NCBI GenBank assembly: GCA_039179045.1
Contig: JBCDEZ010000010.1
Coordinates: 1-34,437, forward strand
Direction: 5' to 3'
From: Chlamydiota bacterium
GTDB taxonomy: Bacteria; Chlamydiota; Chlamydiia; Chlamydiales; SM23-39
DNA: 34,437 bases
This document shows positions 1 to 8,528 of this stretch, one piece after another. The notes below the pieces were generated by a model. That model ran no database searches. It was not told the DNA's origin and worked only from the letters and a program-made list of their open reading frames with translations. Position numbers and translations under genes: made by a program. Within the stretch, counting starts at the first letter, position 1; each line of letters begins with the position of its first letter.

Positions 1-447
1 AAATCTTCAGAAACTGCAGGGGTTTTAGTGTATCCCCCAAATCTCCTAGAAGATTGTGACTCAAATCCAGATCCTGTATCTGATCCGCACCTCCGAAGCG
101 AATCTTTTCGATCTGGTTGTGACTAAAATTGCACCTCGAGAGCCCTGCCATTGGATGAAAAGGACTCGATATATCCCTTAGTAAGTTATTGCTTAGATCC
201 AAAATCTTCAGAAACTGCAGGGGTTTTAGTGTATCCCCCAAATCTCCTAGAAGATTGTGACTCAAATCCAGATCCTGTATCTGATCCGCACCTCCGAAGC
301 AAATCCGTTTGATCTGGTTGTGACTAAAATCGCACCTCGAGAGCTCTGCCCTTGGATGAAAAGGACTCGATATATCCCTTAGTAAGTTATTCCTTAGATC
401 CAAAGTCTTCAGAAACTGCAGGGGTTTTAGTACATCCCCCAAATCTC
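1..447. repeat. Tandem repeat, 201-bp period, ~2.2 copies visible (continues off the edge), encoding a 67-aa three-LRR unit
   Basis: aaatcttcagaaactgcaggggttttag starts at 1 and 202, and at 403 with one mismatch. Copies are near-identical with scattered substitutions. Confidence 0.97.
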
Positions 448-1294
448 GTATACCAGTACCATTCAACCGCAAATAGCTGAGGACAGGCAAACTGCTAATT
501 GCCTCGATTGGAAAGCGGGTCTTTACACGCTGTATCTTACAAGTCAATCTTTCAAGGGCATAAAAGCGTCCTATTGATTCAGGAATTTTCGAATGGTATA
601 AATAGATTTTCAGATTTTTAAGAAAGCGAAGTAAGCGACTTACTGGTGGAAAGAAAATGGTGGAGACCGGCTTTTTCGAGCAAAGAACAAGCTCTTCATG
701 TGGCATGGGACTTACCACAAGCACTCTCTCTTTTTCTATATAGGGCGCCACGGGCCAACCCTTTGTTTCCTTTGTTTCTAAGCACTTTCTCTCGATGTAC
801 GTTTTTTCCAACCCGTTTGCCTTGATGCATTTTTCGTCCAACCAATTGAAGTCTTTCTCAGTCTCTTGGAAAAATAACGATATGTATTCATGATTACATT
901 CCATGAGGATCTTCGACAGAGGTTGGAGATTGGTGTATGGAGATAGCCAGCTTCTAAAAAGGTAATGGGCATATGTATCTTTTCGTGATATGAGAGACAA
1001 GATCTTCCTGCACGCAAGCGGAGTTTTTCGAGAAGGAACTGTCTTTAAAAGCGGAATGCAATAATTCTTGAAAAAAGAGTAGTCCAGAGCTCCCAGATAT
1101 TCAAAGACTATTTTACCTAAAGGCTTGCCGCTAATCCACGGAAGAACGTCTTTTCCCAGGAATCCGTAGCTAGCATAATAGATCTGTTGCATCAATGTTT
1201 TTTGAGATCTAGAGTCGGCCTCTGCAATATCTTCAGAGTTTAGATCGGGAACTAGAAATCTCCCTTCTCCCCCTTTGCTAATTCCAGGTATCAT
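1..1294 (-). CDS. Leucine-rich repeat protein, 3' end runs off the left edge (>=431 aa); not in the supplied ORF track
   Basis: Hand translation from ATG at 1294 (GGAGG SD upstream) is open to position 2: MIPGISKGGEGRFLVPDLNS... then LRR motifs LSYLRLNGTGI, LKTLDLRNNLL, LSRCDFSHNQI, IQDLDLSHNLL repeating. Confidence 0.9.
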   Translation of the reverse strand, partial: MIPGISKGGEGRFLVPDLNSEDIAEADSRSQKTLMQQIYYASYGFLGKDVLPWISGKPLGKIVFEYLGALDYSFFKNYCIPLLKTVPSRKTPLACRKILSLISRKDTYAHYLFRSWLSPYTNLQPLSKILMECNHEYISLFFQETEKDFNWLDEKCIKANGLEKTYIERKCLETKETKGWPVAPYIEKERVLVVSPMPHEELVLCSKKPVSTIFFPPVSRLLRFLKNLKIYLYHSKIPESIGRFYALERLTCKIQRVKTRFPIEAISSLPVLSYLRLNGTGIRDLGDVLKPLQFLKTLDLRNNLLRDISSPFHPRAELSRCDFSHNQIKRICFGGADQIQDLDLSHNLLGDLGDTLKPLQFLKILDLSNNLLRDISSPFHPMAGLSRCNFSHNQIEKIRFGGADQIQDLDLSHNLLGDLGDTLKPLQFLKI

Positions 1295-1456
1295 ATTGCC
1301 CTCCCACTTTTTGGCTCACTTGCCCGTAATGCGATCTCCTCGGATTGCCTTACTCTCAAAAGACCCACACTGCGGATTTTCTGGGCACGAAGGGCAAAAG
1401 AACCTAACGCAAGCAGGCACTTCGATTGGCACTCACTACTTTCCATCTCTCTAGCT

Positions 1457-3613
1457 CTAAACACGCATCATGTGCAGCAAGCCTCCCAAGCAAGAGAAAC
1501 AAGATGCGAATATGCTCTGTACTACCTTGCCTATCCATACGCCCATCGCAAAAAGACCGAGTGAGACTCGTCCGAGCAATGATGGCTGAGGAACGTCAGC
1601 ATAGCGAAGGGATGCCACAAAGTTTTGCTCTTCTCTCGACAAGCGTATTGGCGTGTCCTGATGCATGTAGAGAGCAGAAAGATTGCGCAATTGCGTGAGG
1701 ACCGCAGGAAAACGCTTCCATTGATTCCCTTCTAGGCGGAGCGTTCGGACGTTTGCAAGCAGTCTGCAAGACTCAGGTAAAGATTGTAGCAGATTATCGT
1801 CTAAATCAAGTTGTTGAATTTTTGAAGGAAAATCACCCTCTTGTAGAGCAATACTGGTAATGAGATTACCTCTAAGAATGAAAAATTTTAAAGAGGGCAT
1901 ACACCACAGATAGTCGGGAATTTGGCTGATCTCATTGTACGAGAGATCTATCATTGTCACTCCAAACAAACGCAATTTTGGAGAGGGAAGAGCTCGGATT
2001 CTATTTGCTCTTGCCTGAAGACTCTTGAGATACTCGAGTTTAGCGATGCTGTTAGGGAAAGACCGTAAACAGTTGCACGATACATTCAACCTCTTGAGCG
2101 GCGCATCGTCTGGAAATATTTCCTCGGGGAGTGAAACAAGTTCATTGTTTTCTAAATACAGATTACGCAGCGATACACAGTTTCCCAAGCATGGAGGTAG
2201 AGAAGTGAGACGATTCCGAGACAAATCGAGAGTACGCATAGAATCATTCGGTTCTGGAAAGAGTTTTTTCGGAAGGTGAGTGAGCTCGTTATTTCGTAAG
2301 TCCAATACATGCAAGTTCCTGTTATCCCATTTTAAAGGCAAGTTAAGCAACATATTTTCTCCCAAATCTACGTCCCTTAAAGATTTTAGCCCTCCAAAGG
2401 AAGCAGATAGAGAACGTAACCGATTCTTGTGTAGGTCTAGATCTCTAAGCTTAGAGAGCTCGTTTAGACTGTCAGGCAAACGAGTTAGTTCGTTTTCAGA
2501 GGCATTTAGTGTGATAAGTTCAGACAAGCTTCCAATCGAATCAAGTAAAGACTGGAGCCGGTTATTTGATAAGTCGAGTCGTCGAAGATTCGATAACCCG
2601 CCTAAACCTTGAGGTAAGATGCGCAAGGCATTGTGTTGCAGATACAAGATACGAAGCTCGACAAGACTCCCGATTGTCTCTGGAAGAGAAGAAAGGCGAT
2701 TCCAAGATAGATTCAGCTCTTCTAAGCGGACAAGGTTCGCTATATCAGGCAAAAACGTTAACCTATTCAAGCTTAAATCGAGTTTTCTTAGGTTCTGGAG
2801 ATGTGCTAGATCCGAGGGAAGCGACTGAAGACGATTTAGCTTCAATACAAGAGTTTCCAAATTCCTACATTTCCCAATTTCCGCCGGTACAGTTGGCGAT
2901 GGTTTTGAGTACGATCTTTCCTCGCTAGTAACTTTTAGAAATCGCAAGCTGGCAAGCTCGTTTGCCGAACGGCGCATGCAGGGAAAAAACGCAGCTCCGT
3001 CCCCTCTAAGGGTCAAATCTTCGATCACCTGGAATGGAAATAGAGCCTGAATCTTTGCCGCGCTTCCGGTAATGCGAAGGGACACCTTCTTTTTTGATGA
3101 AGAAAACACGTAGATCCCCTCCTCATCTCGAAAATAGCCCTCTGGATTTTTTTCCAAGCATTCCCTCAACCAGTAGAGAGTTTTGCCCGTTTTCCGCAAA
3201 AAATCCGTTACACGGCGAACGATTGAGGGAAATTCGCTCAGATTTCTCTCTTTATCTCCAATCGCACAGAAAGCCGGCCGAAGATAGGGGTGTGTGAAAA
3301 TCCTGTCAGCAGTCGTGTGCCATGTTGGCGCAAAAGAAAAAGGACTCCAAGAGCAGAAGAGTTGCGCAATTTGGTCAAAGAGCAAGAAAAGCTCACGCAT
3401 TGTAAAAACATTTTCTTCAAAGTGCTTTTCGAGAGGCCGAATGATGGTATGTCGACACCACTCAATCGTGGGAAGAGAGCCATATTCGTCTTTCCAGAGA
3501 TACTGAAAAAGACAATTGACAACGCGATCTGGCCAGTTTCTATCGCAAGAGTAATACACTCCAGTGTAGAGGTTAGTGAGGATAGGATGCTGAAAAGAAT
3601 TTTCTACAGGCAA
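1457..3613 (-). CDS. Leucine-rich repeat protein (718 aa; N-terminal non-LRR domain, roughly 18 LRRs of ~23 aa, hydrophobic C-terminus); probable host-interacting effector
   Basis: Repeated LxxLxLxxNxLxxLPxx motifs (e.g. NLRKLDLSLNRLTFLPDI, NLRRLDLSNNRLQSLL). TTG start, exact start uncertain. Confidence 0.92.
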   Translation of the reverse strand: MPVENSFQHPILTNLYTGVYYSCDRNWPDRVVNCLFQYLWKDEYGSLPTIEWCRHTIIRPLEKHFEENVFTMRELFLLFDQIAQLFCSWSPFSFAPTWHTTADRIFTHPYLRPAFCAIGDKERNLSEFPSIVRRVTDFLRKTGKTLYWLRECLEKNPEGYFRDEEGIYVFSSSKKKVSLRITGSAAKIQALFPFQVIEDLTLRGDGAAFFPCMRRSANELASLRFLKVTSEERSYSKPSPTVPAEIGKCRNLETLVLKLNRLQSLPSDLAHLQNLRKLDLSLNRLTFLPDIANLVRLEELNLSWNRLSSLPETIGSLVELRILYLQHNALRILPQGLGGLSNLRRLDLSNNRLQSLLDSIGSLSELITLNASENELTRLPDSLNELSKLRDLDLHKNRLRSLSASFGGLKSLRDVDLGENMLLNLPLKWDNRNLHVLDLRNNELTHLPKKLFPEPNDSMRTLDLSRNRLTSLPPCLGNCVSLRNLYLENNELVSLPEEIFPDDAPLKRLNVSCNCLRSFPNSIAKLEYLKSLQARANRIRALPSPKLRLFGVTMIDLSYNEISQIPDYLWCMPSLKFFILRGNLITSIALQEGDFPSKIQQLDLDDNLLQSLPESCRLLANVRTLRLEGNQWKRFPAVLTQLRNLSALYMHQDTPIRLSREEQNFVASLRYADVPQPSLLGRVSLGLFAMGVWIGKVVQSIFASCFSCLGGLLHMMRV

Positions 3614-3731
3614 AATGAATCAAAAAGTAATTAAAATGGAAAAAATTTTATCTAAAAAGGTAAAAAATTACAACTCCTATGTTTTTACGCTTCTTAGAAT
3701 GAATTTTTCCTTCTTTGAAGGGATTGGGGAT

Positions 3732-4955
3732 CTACAAAGTACACGATGCTTTTTGAGGGGCAGGCAGCCTTCGTACAAAGTAGATCCCCCATTCTTTGGG
3801 CAAAAAGGAATGTGTATCAAGAACACACGGAGGAGAAAGCCGCCCCACAAGGCGCCGCAAGACATTTTCGACAGCAATCCATCTACTTTTTTTCACTTGG
3901 CCCGCACTATGCACTCGAATTACAGTGGCACAAAAAAAATGTTGCACGTTTGTAAGAAATGCTTTGTGTGAAAAATGGGTTTCCAAATGTCTACGAAAAA
4001 AATCCCCATCCAAGCCGTTGAGGCGACAGGACAACATCGAGTCTCTAGGAGAAGATAACTGCACTATCTTATCCCTACCTTTCCCAGCAATCAAAAACCT
4101 CTGTGCATCGATATCCATCGAGAATGGATAAAAATGTGTAACTTTCACGCCTACCATATACTGTTCCAAGAGGGACCGAAGCACTTTTTGCACCTTTTCT
4201 ATTTTTACAGATAGAGTAAAGCAGCAATGTATGATAAAGAAGATTTCTTCGGTTTTATCGGAAGAAATATTGGGGAAATCAAAGGTCGTCATACTGAGAC
4301 GATGGCATAGAATCGCAAAGAAAGGATCTCTTCGCAGGTACTTTGCAATTTGAGCAGAAGAAATCAGCAGAGGAGCCTCTTGAGCTCCCACCGCCTCCTC
4401 TGGCTTTTTCTCTGCAGCGCGCCGCTGTTTTTTCCCCGATGAGGTGTGCTCCTCAAAGGTCCTGTGTTTCCGTTTTCCTGCTCTATTTTCGGAAGAGGAT
4501 CCCTGGAGATAGAGCTCGCAAAGTGCTTTGAGCGTCCAAAGGAAAAAAACCTCTTTCGTATCAACTTCACAAATGCCTCTTACAGGATGTGTCACCATGG
4601 TTTGTAAGCAAGAGCCATCGAGATAAAGTGAGCAGTGGATAGGATATGCAGGCATACGCACTGAAGAATCGCCTGCGCTCTGGATTGTATGGGACGTGCC
4701 CCATAAAGGGGTATCTGGCCGTAGATTGTCTTCCGCACGGAGGCAAATGTCTTTAGCAACAGCTGTTCCTGAAAAGCGAACAAACCACTGACTAGGGGAT
4801 TGAATGCACGGCTTATTTGGGATGCTCGTTGTTTTTTGGCCAGCAGAATTCTTGAAAGGAGAAAAACCGAAAGTATCATCGGCAATCCTACACAATAGAG
4901 ACTTTACGGCAGAAAGACTGTTCACGAGTGGATATGTGGGTAACAAATATTGCAC
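3732..4955 (-). CDS. Hypothetical protein (407 aa) with a bipartite NLS-like basic segment
   Basis: Long ORF filling the gap between the LRR gene and the epimerase, co-oriented with the LRR genes. No family recognised. GTG start. Confidence 0.7.
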   Translation of the reverse strand: MQYLLPTYPLVNSLSAVKSLLCRIADDTFGFSPFKNSAGQKTTSIPNKPCIQSPSQWFVRFSGTAVAKDICLRAEDNLRPDTPLWGTSHTIQSAGDSSVRMPAYPIHCSLYLDGSCLQTMVTHPVRGICEVDTKEVFFLWTLKALCELYLQGSSSENRAGKRKHRTFEEHTSSGKKQRRAAEKKPEEAVGAQEAPLLISSAQIAKYLRRDPFFAILCHRLSMTTFDFPNISSDKTEEIFFIIHCCFTLSVKIEKVQKVLRSLLEQYMVGVKVTHFYPFSMDIDAQRFLIAGKGRDKIVQLSSPRDSMLSCRLNGLDGDFFRRHLETHFSHKAFLTNVQHFFCATVIRVHSAGQVKKSRWIAVENVLRRLVGRLSPPCVLDTHSFLPKEWGIYFVRRLPAPQKASCTL

Positions 4956-5091
4956 AAACTCTACAGTGAAAAGAAAAAAAAATCAATGTCCTCCCGATCT
5001 AGACACGCGCGCTATACCTCTATAAGAAATGGGGATGAAGAAATGCTTACGAGATCCTAGATTTCCTTGGGTTGCAAAGAGCCCTTCCCTG

Positions 5092-5120
5092 TTTACTAAC
5101 GCGTCTGCTTTTGCTACCAT
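5092..5120 (+). promoter_or_regulatory. Putative sigma66/sigma70 promoter for the epimerase gene
   Basis: TTTACT(5092-5097)-17 bp-TACCAT(5115-5120) with a TG extension, 7 nt before ATG 5128. Confidence 0.4.
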
Positions 5121-5127
5121 GCACCTC

Positions 5128-6099
5128 ATGAGAAAAAAATCGGTCCTCATCACAGGCATAGCTGGATTTATCGGCTACCATGCAGCTCTTGCACTCCAAG
5201 ATTTAGGCGATCATGTTGTAGGAATTGACTCCTTTTCCGATTACTACGATATCCGCTTGAAAATGCGCAGAAAAGCGCGGCTAGAGGCGCGCGGCATCTC
5301 CCTATTTTCTGGCGATATCTGCGATACTCCTCTTCTCAAAACCTGCCTTAAAAAGCACCAGATCACTCACGTTTTGCATCTGGCAGCCCAAGCAGGCGTA
5401 CGCGCCTCATTCACTCATCCAGATCCTTATGTGCACACCAACCTCGCAGGGTTCGTCTCTCTACTCGAAGCTCTCAAAGAGCGGCCCCAGATCCCTCTTG
5501 TCTACGCCTCTTCTTCCTCGGTATATGGTTGCAACGAGTCTCTGCCCTTTCGTGAAGAGGATCGTGTAGAACGGCCTAACAATCTGTACGCAGCGAGCAA
5601 AAGATGCGCGGAGGTATTGGCAAGAAGCTACCATGAACTCTACGACCTAAATGTCTGTGGCCTGCGCTATTTCACCGTTTACGGCCCCTTCGGAAGACCC
5701 GATATGGCCTACTATACCTTCGCGCAAAACCTTTTGAAAGGAGAGCCCCTTCTACTCAGAGGCCAGGGGAAAATGCAGCGGGACTTTACCTACATCGATG
5801 ATATCGTTGCAGGGACCTTGGCCGCTCTCGATCGGAGTCAGGGCTACTCGATCTACAATCTCGCTAGCCATCATCCAAAGTCTGTTTCCTACCTAGTAGA
5901 GCTGCTCGAAGAGGGTTTCGGAAAGCGAGGAAAAAAACAGCTCCTCCCGATGCCGAAAGGCGAACTTCCGACCACCTACGGTTCGATAGAAAACGCACAA
6001 AAAGACCTCGGCTATACTCCTCAAATCTCCTTGGAAGCAGGAATCATCGAGTTCGTTCGTTGGGCAAGTGATGCACATGAAGAAGGGATATTTCTCTAA
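5128..6099 (+). CDS. NAD-dependent epimerase/dehydratase, UDP-glucuronate 4-epimerase-like (extended SDR)
   Basis: ITGIAGFIGYH Rossmann motif, HLAAQAGVR, ASSSSVYG, YAASK catalytic motif, GLRYFTVYGPFGRPDMAY, RDFTYIDDIV. Start set at MRKKSVL (5128) rather than 5029. Confidence 0.93.
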   Translation: MRKKSVLITGIAGFIGYHAALALQDLGDHVVGIDSFSDYYDIRLKMRRKARLEARGISLFSGDICDTPLLKTCLKKHQITHVLHLAAQAGVRASFTHPDPYVHTNLAGFVSLLEALKERPQIPLVYASSSSVYGCNESLPFREEDRVERPNNLYAASKRCAEVLARSYHELYDLNVCGLRYFTVYGPFGRPDMAYYTFAQNLLKGEPLLLRGQGKMQRDFTYIDDIVAGTLAALDRSQGYSIYNLASHHPKSVSYLVELLEEGFGKRGKKQLLPMPKGELPTTYGSIENAQKDLGYTPQISLEAGIIEFVRWASDAHEEGIFL

Positions 6100-7526
6100 G
6101 AAGAGTCTCCAAGTACTCTTTGGTAAGCACTAGGAATCGCTTCGAGAATATCCGAGGCGATCATCCCATAGACCGTTTTTCTCTCTGCAGAAATCTCCGA
6201 TGCGAGCGCGTGGAGAAAGAGCCCCAAACAGGCAGCTTCAAGTGAAGAGGCTCCCTGTGCCAGCAAGGAGGCAATGATCCCTGTAAGAACATCTCCCGAT
6301 CCTGCCGTGGCAGCTCCCGCAGAGCCTCGCGCTAGGAGAAGAGGAATCTTGCCAGGAGAGAAAATCCGCGTAGGGGCGCCTTTCAAAACGAAATAGATCA
6401 AATGCTCGCTTGCAAGGGATTGCGCACGCGCGTGCAACGAGCCTTTCGTGGATATCCCTTCCAAAAGAGCCTCCGCCTCTCCTCGATGTGGAGTCAAGAT
6501 TGCCTCTTTTGGAAGCAATGCGATCTCTTCTCGCAAGAAAAAAAGCGCATCCGCATCGAGAACGATAGGCCCGCTCCAAGTTTTGAGAAGTGAAAAAAGC
6601 GCCTCTCTCGCCAGAGAAGAGCGTCCCATGCCGGGACCGCAAAAGAGCGCCTTCATGCGCTGGAAGATCCCTACAATCCCATTTTCCTGGTAAGGAGATG
6701 CGATTACCTCATCTGCAAACCCTGCGGACAAAGGAGCGGGAGCGAGATGCAAAATCCGTACAAGGCCCGCCCCCGTTCGAAGCGCCGCTTTGCTTGCGAG
6801 GTGCGCAGCTCCCATCATAGAAGGAGAGCCAGCAAGGCCCAAAAGAGCGCCCGCCTCATATTTGTGCCGGCTTTTGCGTACCTGAGGCAAGAGGCGCTCC
6901 ATCCCCTCTTCTTTTAGCAATTTGTAAGAGGGCTGCACGGTATGAGGAGGAAATTCCAAAGGAGCGAAGTGTAAAGCGCCGCTGTATTCATACCCCTCCT
7001 CAAAGAAAAGGCCTTGAAGATACGCGCCAAGACAAATGGTCCCTACAACTTTTGGGAGGGGAAAAAATGCCTTTCCCGTATCGCCATCGATCCCTGAGGG
7101 GAGGTGGATGGCGAGAGTTGTAGCCTGGCTTTTTGCAATCACCTGAAGTGCTTCTTTTTCCTCTTGTCCAAACAAAGAGGCAGAGTTGATATCCAAAAGA
7201 GCGTCGATGACCAAGCAAGGGGAGCTAAGCGCAGATCTAAGAGCGCTCAAGGGGCGCTCTTTCCTCTCGCTAGAGAAGCCGGCTAGGGCAAATGGCTCAG
7301 CCTTCTCTCCCCGCTTTTTTAACAGAAAGCAAGCAGCGCGCGCCCAAGCGCCTTTCTCCCCTCTCCCTATCGCGAAAACGAGCGGAAGATTGTTGGGGTT
7401 GCAGCGGATGATCGATCCAGCAAGGGCAAAAGCTGCCTGATCCACAAACTCCTCTCTGCAAAGCGTAGCCTGCAGAGTAGCCCAGCTTTTGATCGAGTAG
7501 ACATCCGCGGTAAGAGAAGCGTCCAT
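6096..7526 (-). CDS. nnr: YjeF-type NAD(P)H-hydrate repair enzyme (NnrD dehydratase domain intact, N-terminal NnrE epimerase domain degenerate)
   Basis: HKYEAG..AGS..MMGAA, GAGLV, GPGMGR, VLDADAL, ILTPHRGE, LKG, ATAGSGDVLTG motifs. N-terminal YjeF_N-like region with LPSG. Confidence 0.9.
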   Translation of the reverse strand: MDASLTADVYSIKSWATLQATLCREEFVDQAAFALAGSIIRCNPNNLPLVFAIGRGEKGAWARAACFLLKKRGEKAEPFALAGFSSERKERPLSALRSALSSPCLVIDALLDINSASLFGQEEKEALQVIAKSQATTLAIHLPSGIDGDTGKAFFPLPKVVGTICLGAYLQGLFFEEGYEYSGALHFAPLEFPPHTVQPSYKLLKEEGMERLLPQVRKSRHKYEAGALLGLAGSPSMMGAAHLASKAALRTGAGLVRILHLAPAPLSAGFADEVIASPYQENGIVGIFQRMKALFCGPGMGRSSLAREALFSLLKTWSGPIVLDADALFFLREEIALLPKEAILTPHRGEAEALLEGISTKGSLHARAQSLASEHLIYFVLKGAPTRIFSPGKIPLLLARGSAGAATAGSGDVLTGIIASLLAQGASSLEAACLGLFLHALASEISAERKTVYGMIASDILEAIPSAYQRVLGDSS

Positions 7527-7529
7527 AGG

Positions 7530-8528
7530 TCACAAACGCTCTTCTTTGACGGTTCTTGTAAGTAGCCTTTTGACTGCGATCTCTGGATGCAAGCCTTCAT
7601 ACATCACCTCGTAGACTGCCTCGGTAATGGGCACGGGTATGGAGCGCTTCTTTGCGAGCTCAAAAGCCGCAACGCAGGTATAGGCTCCTTCTACCACCAT
7701 ACCAACTGCCTCTTGCGCTTCTCCAAAACATTTGCCCTCTGCCAAAAAACCACCAAACTGGTAATTCCGGCTCAAAGTGGAGAGGCAAGAGACGCAAAGA
7801 TCCCCCATGCCAGAGAGGCCGTTGAGCGTCTCAGGCTCTCCTCCCTTCATCTCTGCGAGCTTGCGCATCTCGTGCAAACCTCTTGTCATGAGAGCAGCTT
7901 TCGTATTGGCGCCAAACCCCAAGCCGTCGGAGATACCGCACGCAATTGCGATGATGTTTTTCATAGCACCTCCCAAACAGACTCCCAAAAGGTCGTAGGT
8001 GGGATAGACTCGAAAAACAGGAGTGGTGAAAAGCTGGATGATCGTATCGATCAAAGAAGATGCATAAGCAGAGGCAACCACTGATGTGGGAAGACCTGCT
8101 ACCACCTCCTCTGCATGACTCGGTCCGCTAAGGCATCCGATCGAGGAGCGGTGCGAAGGCCCCAATACCTCTTCCAACACCTCGGGTAAAAGCTGCAGCG
8201 TGCCCTGTTCAATTCCCTTCGAGGTGAGTACAATGGGCACGCGCGCATCTAAGTGTTTGCCCACTTCAAGAAATACCTCTCGGATACCACGCGCAGTGAC
8301 ACTTTCGATGAGGATCTGTGCTCCGTCAAGTGTTTTTGGAAGAGACGTGGTAAACGTCACATTGCGCCCGAGGGAGGTGTCTTGCAGTTTTGGGTGGCGC
8401 CGCTCTTTTTCGAGTGCCTTGGCAAAGTCTTCACGCCGAGTCCAGACAGTCAAATCGTGCCCTTGCTTCGCAAGGAGGTCGATGAGTGCAAACCCCCATG
8501 TACCCGCTCCCAAATATCCGATTTTCAT
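7530..8528 (-). CDS. gpsA: NAD(P)H-dependent glycerol-3-phosphate dehydrogenase
   Basis: GAGTWG, SKGIE, LSGPSHAEEV, GGAMKNIIAIACG, GLSGMGDL, SRNY, VEG. Confidence 0.97.
   Translation of the reverse strand: MKIGYLGAGTWGFALIDLLAKQGHDLTVWTRREDFAKALEKERRHPKLQDTSLGRNVTFTTSLPKTLDGAQILIESVTARGIREVFLEVGKHLDARVPIVLTSKGIEQGTLQLLPEVLEEVLGPSHRSSIGCLSGPSHAEEVVAGLPTSVVASAYASSLIDTIIQLFTTPVFRVYPTYDLLGVCLGGAMKNIIAIACGISDGLGFGANTKAALMTRGLHEMRKLAEMKGGEPETLNGLSGMGDLCVSCLSTLSRNYQFGGFLAEGKCFGEAQEAVGMVVEGAYTCVAAFELAKKRSIPVPITEAVYEVMYEGLHPEIAVKRLLTRTVKEERL

Noticed and set aside
1..447. Direct repeats as a CRISPR array
   Set aside because: The units are contiguous 201-bp in-frame coding repeats with no unique spacers, and there are no cas genes.
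778..1017. 79-aa minus-strand ORF in the track
   Set aside because: It is an alternative frame inside the real LRR gene (1-1294).
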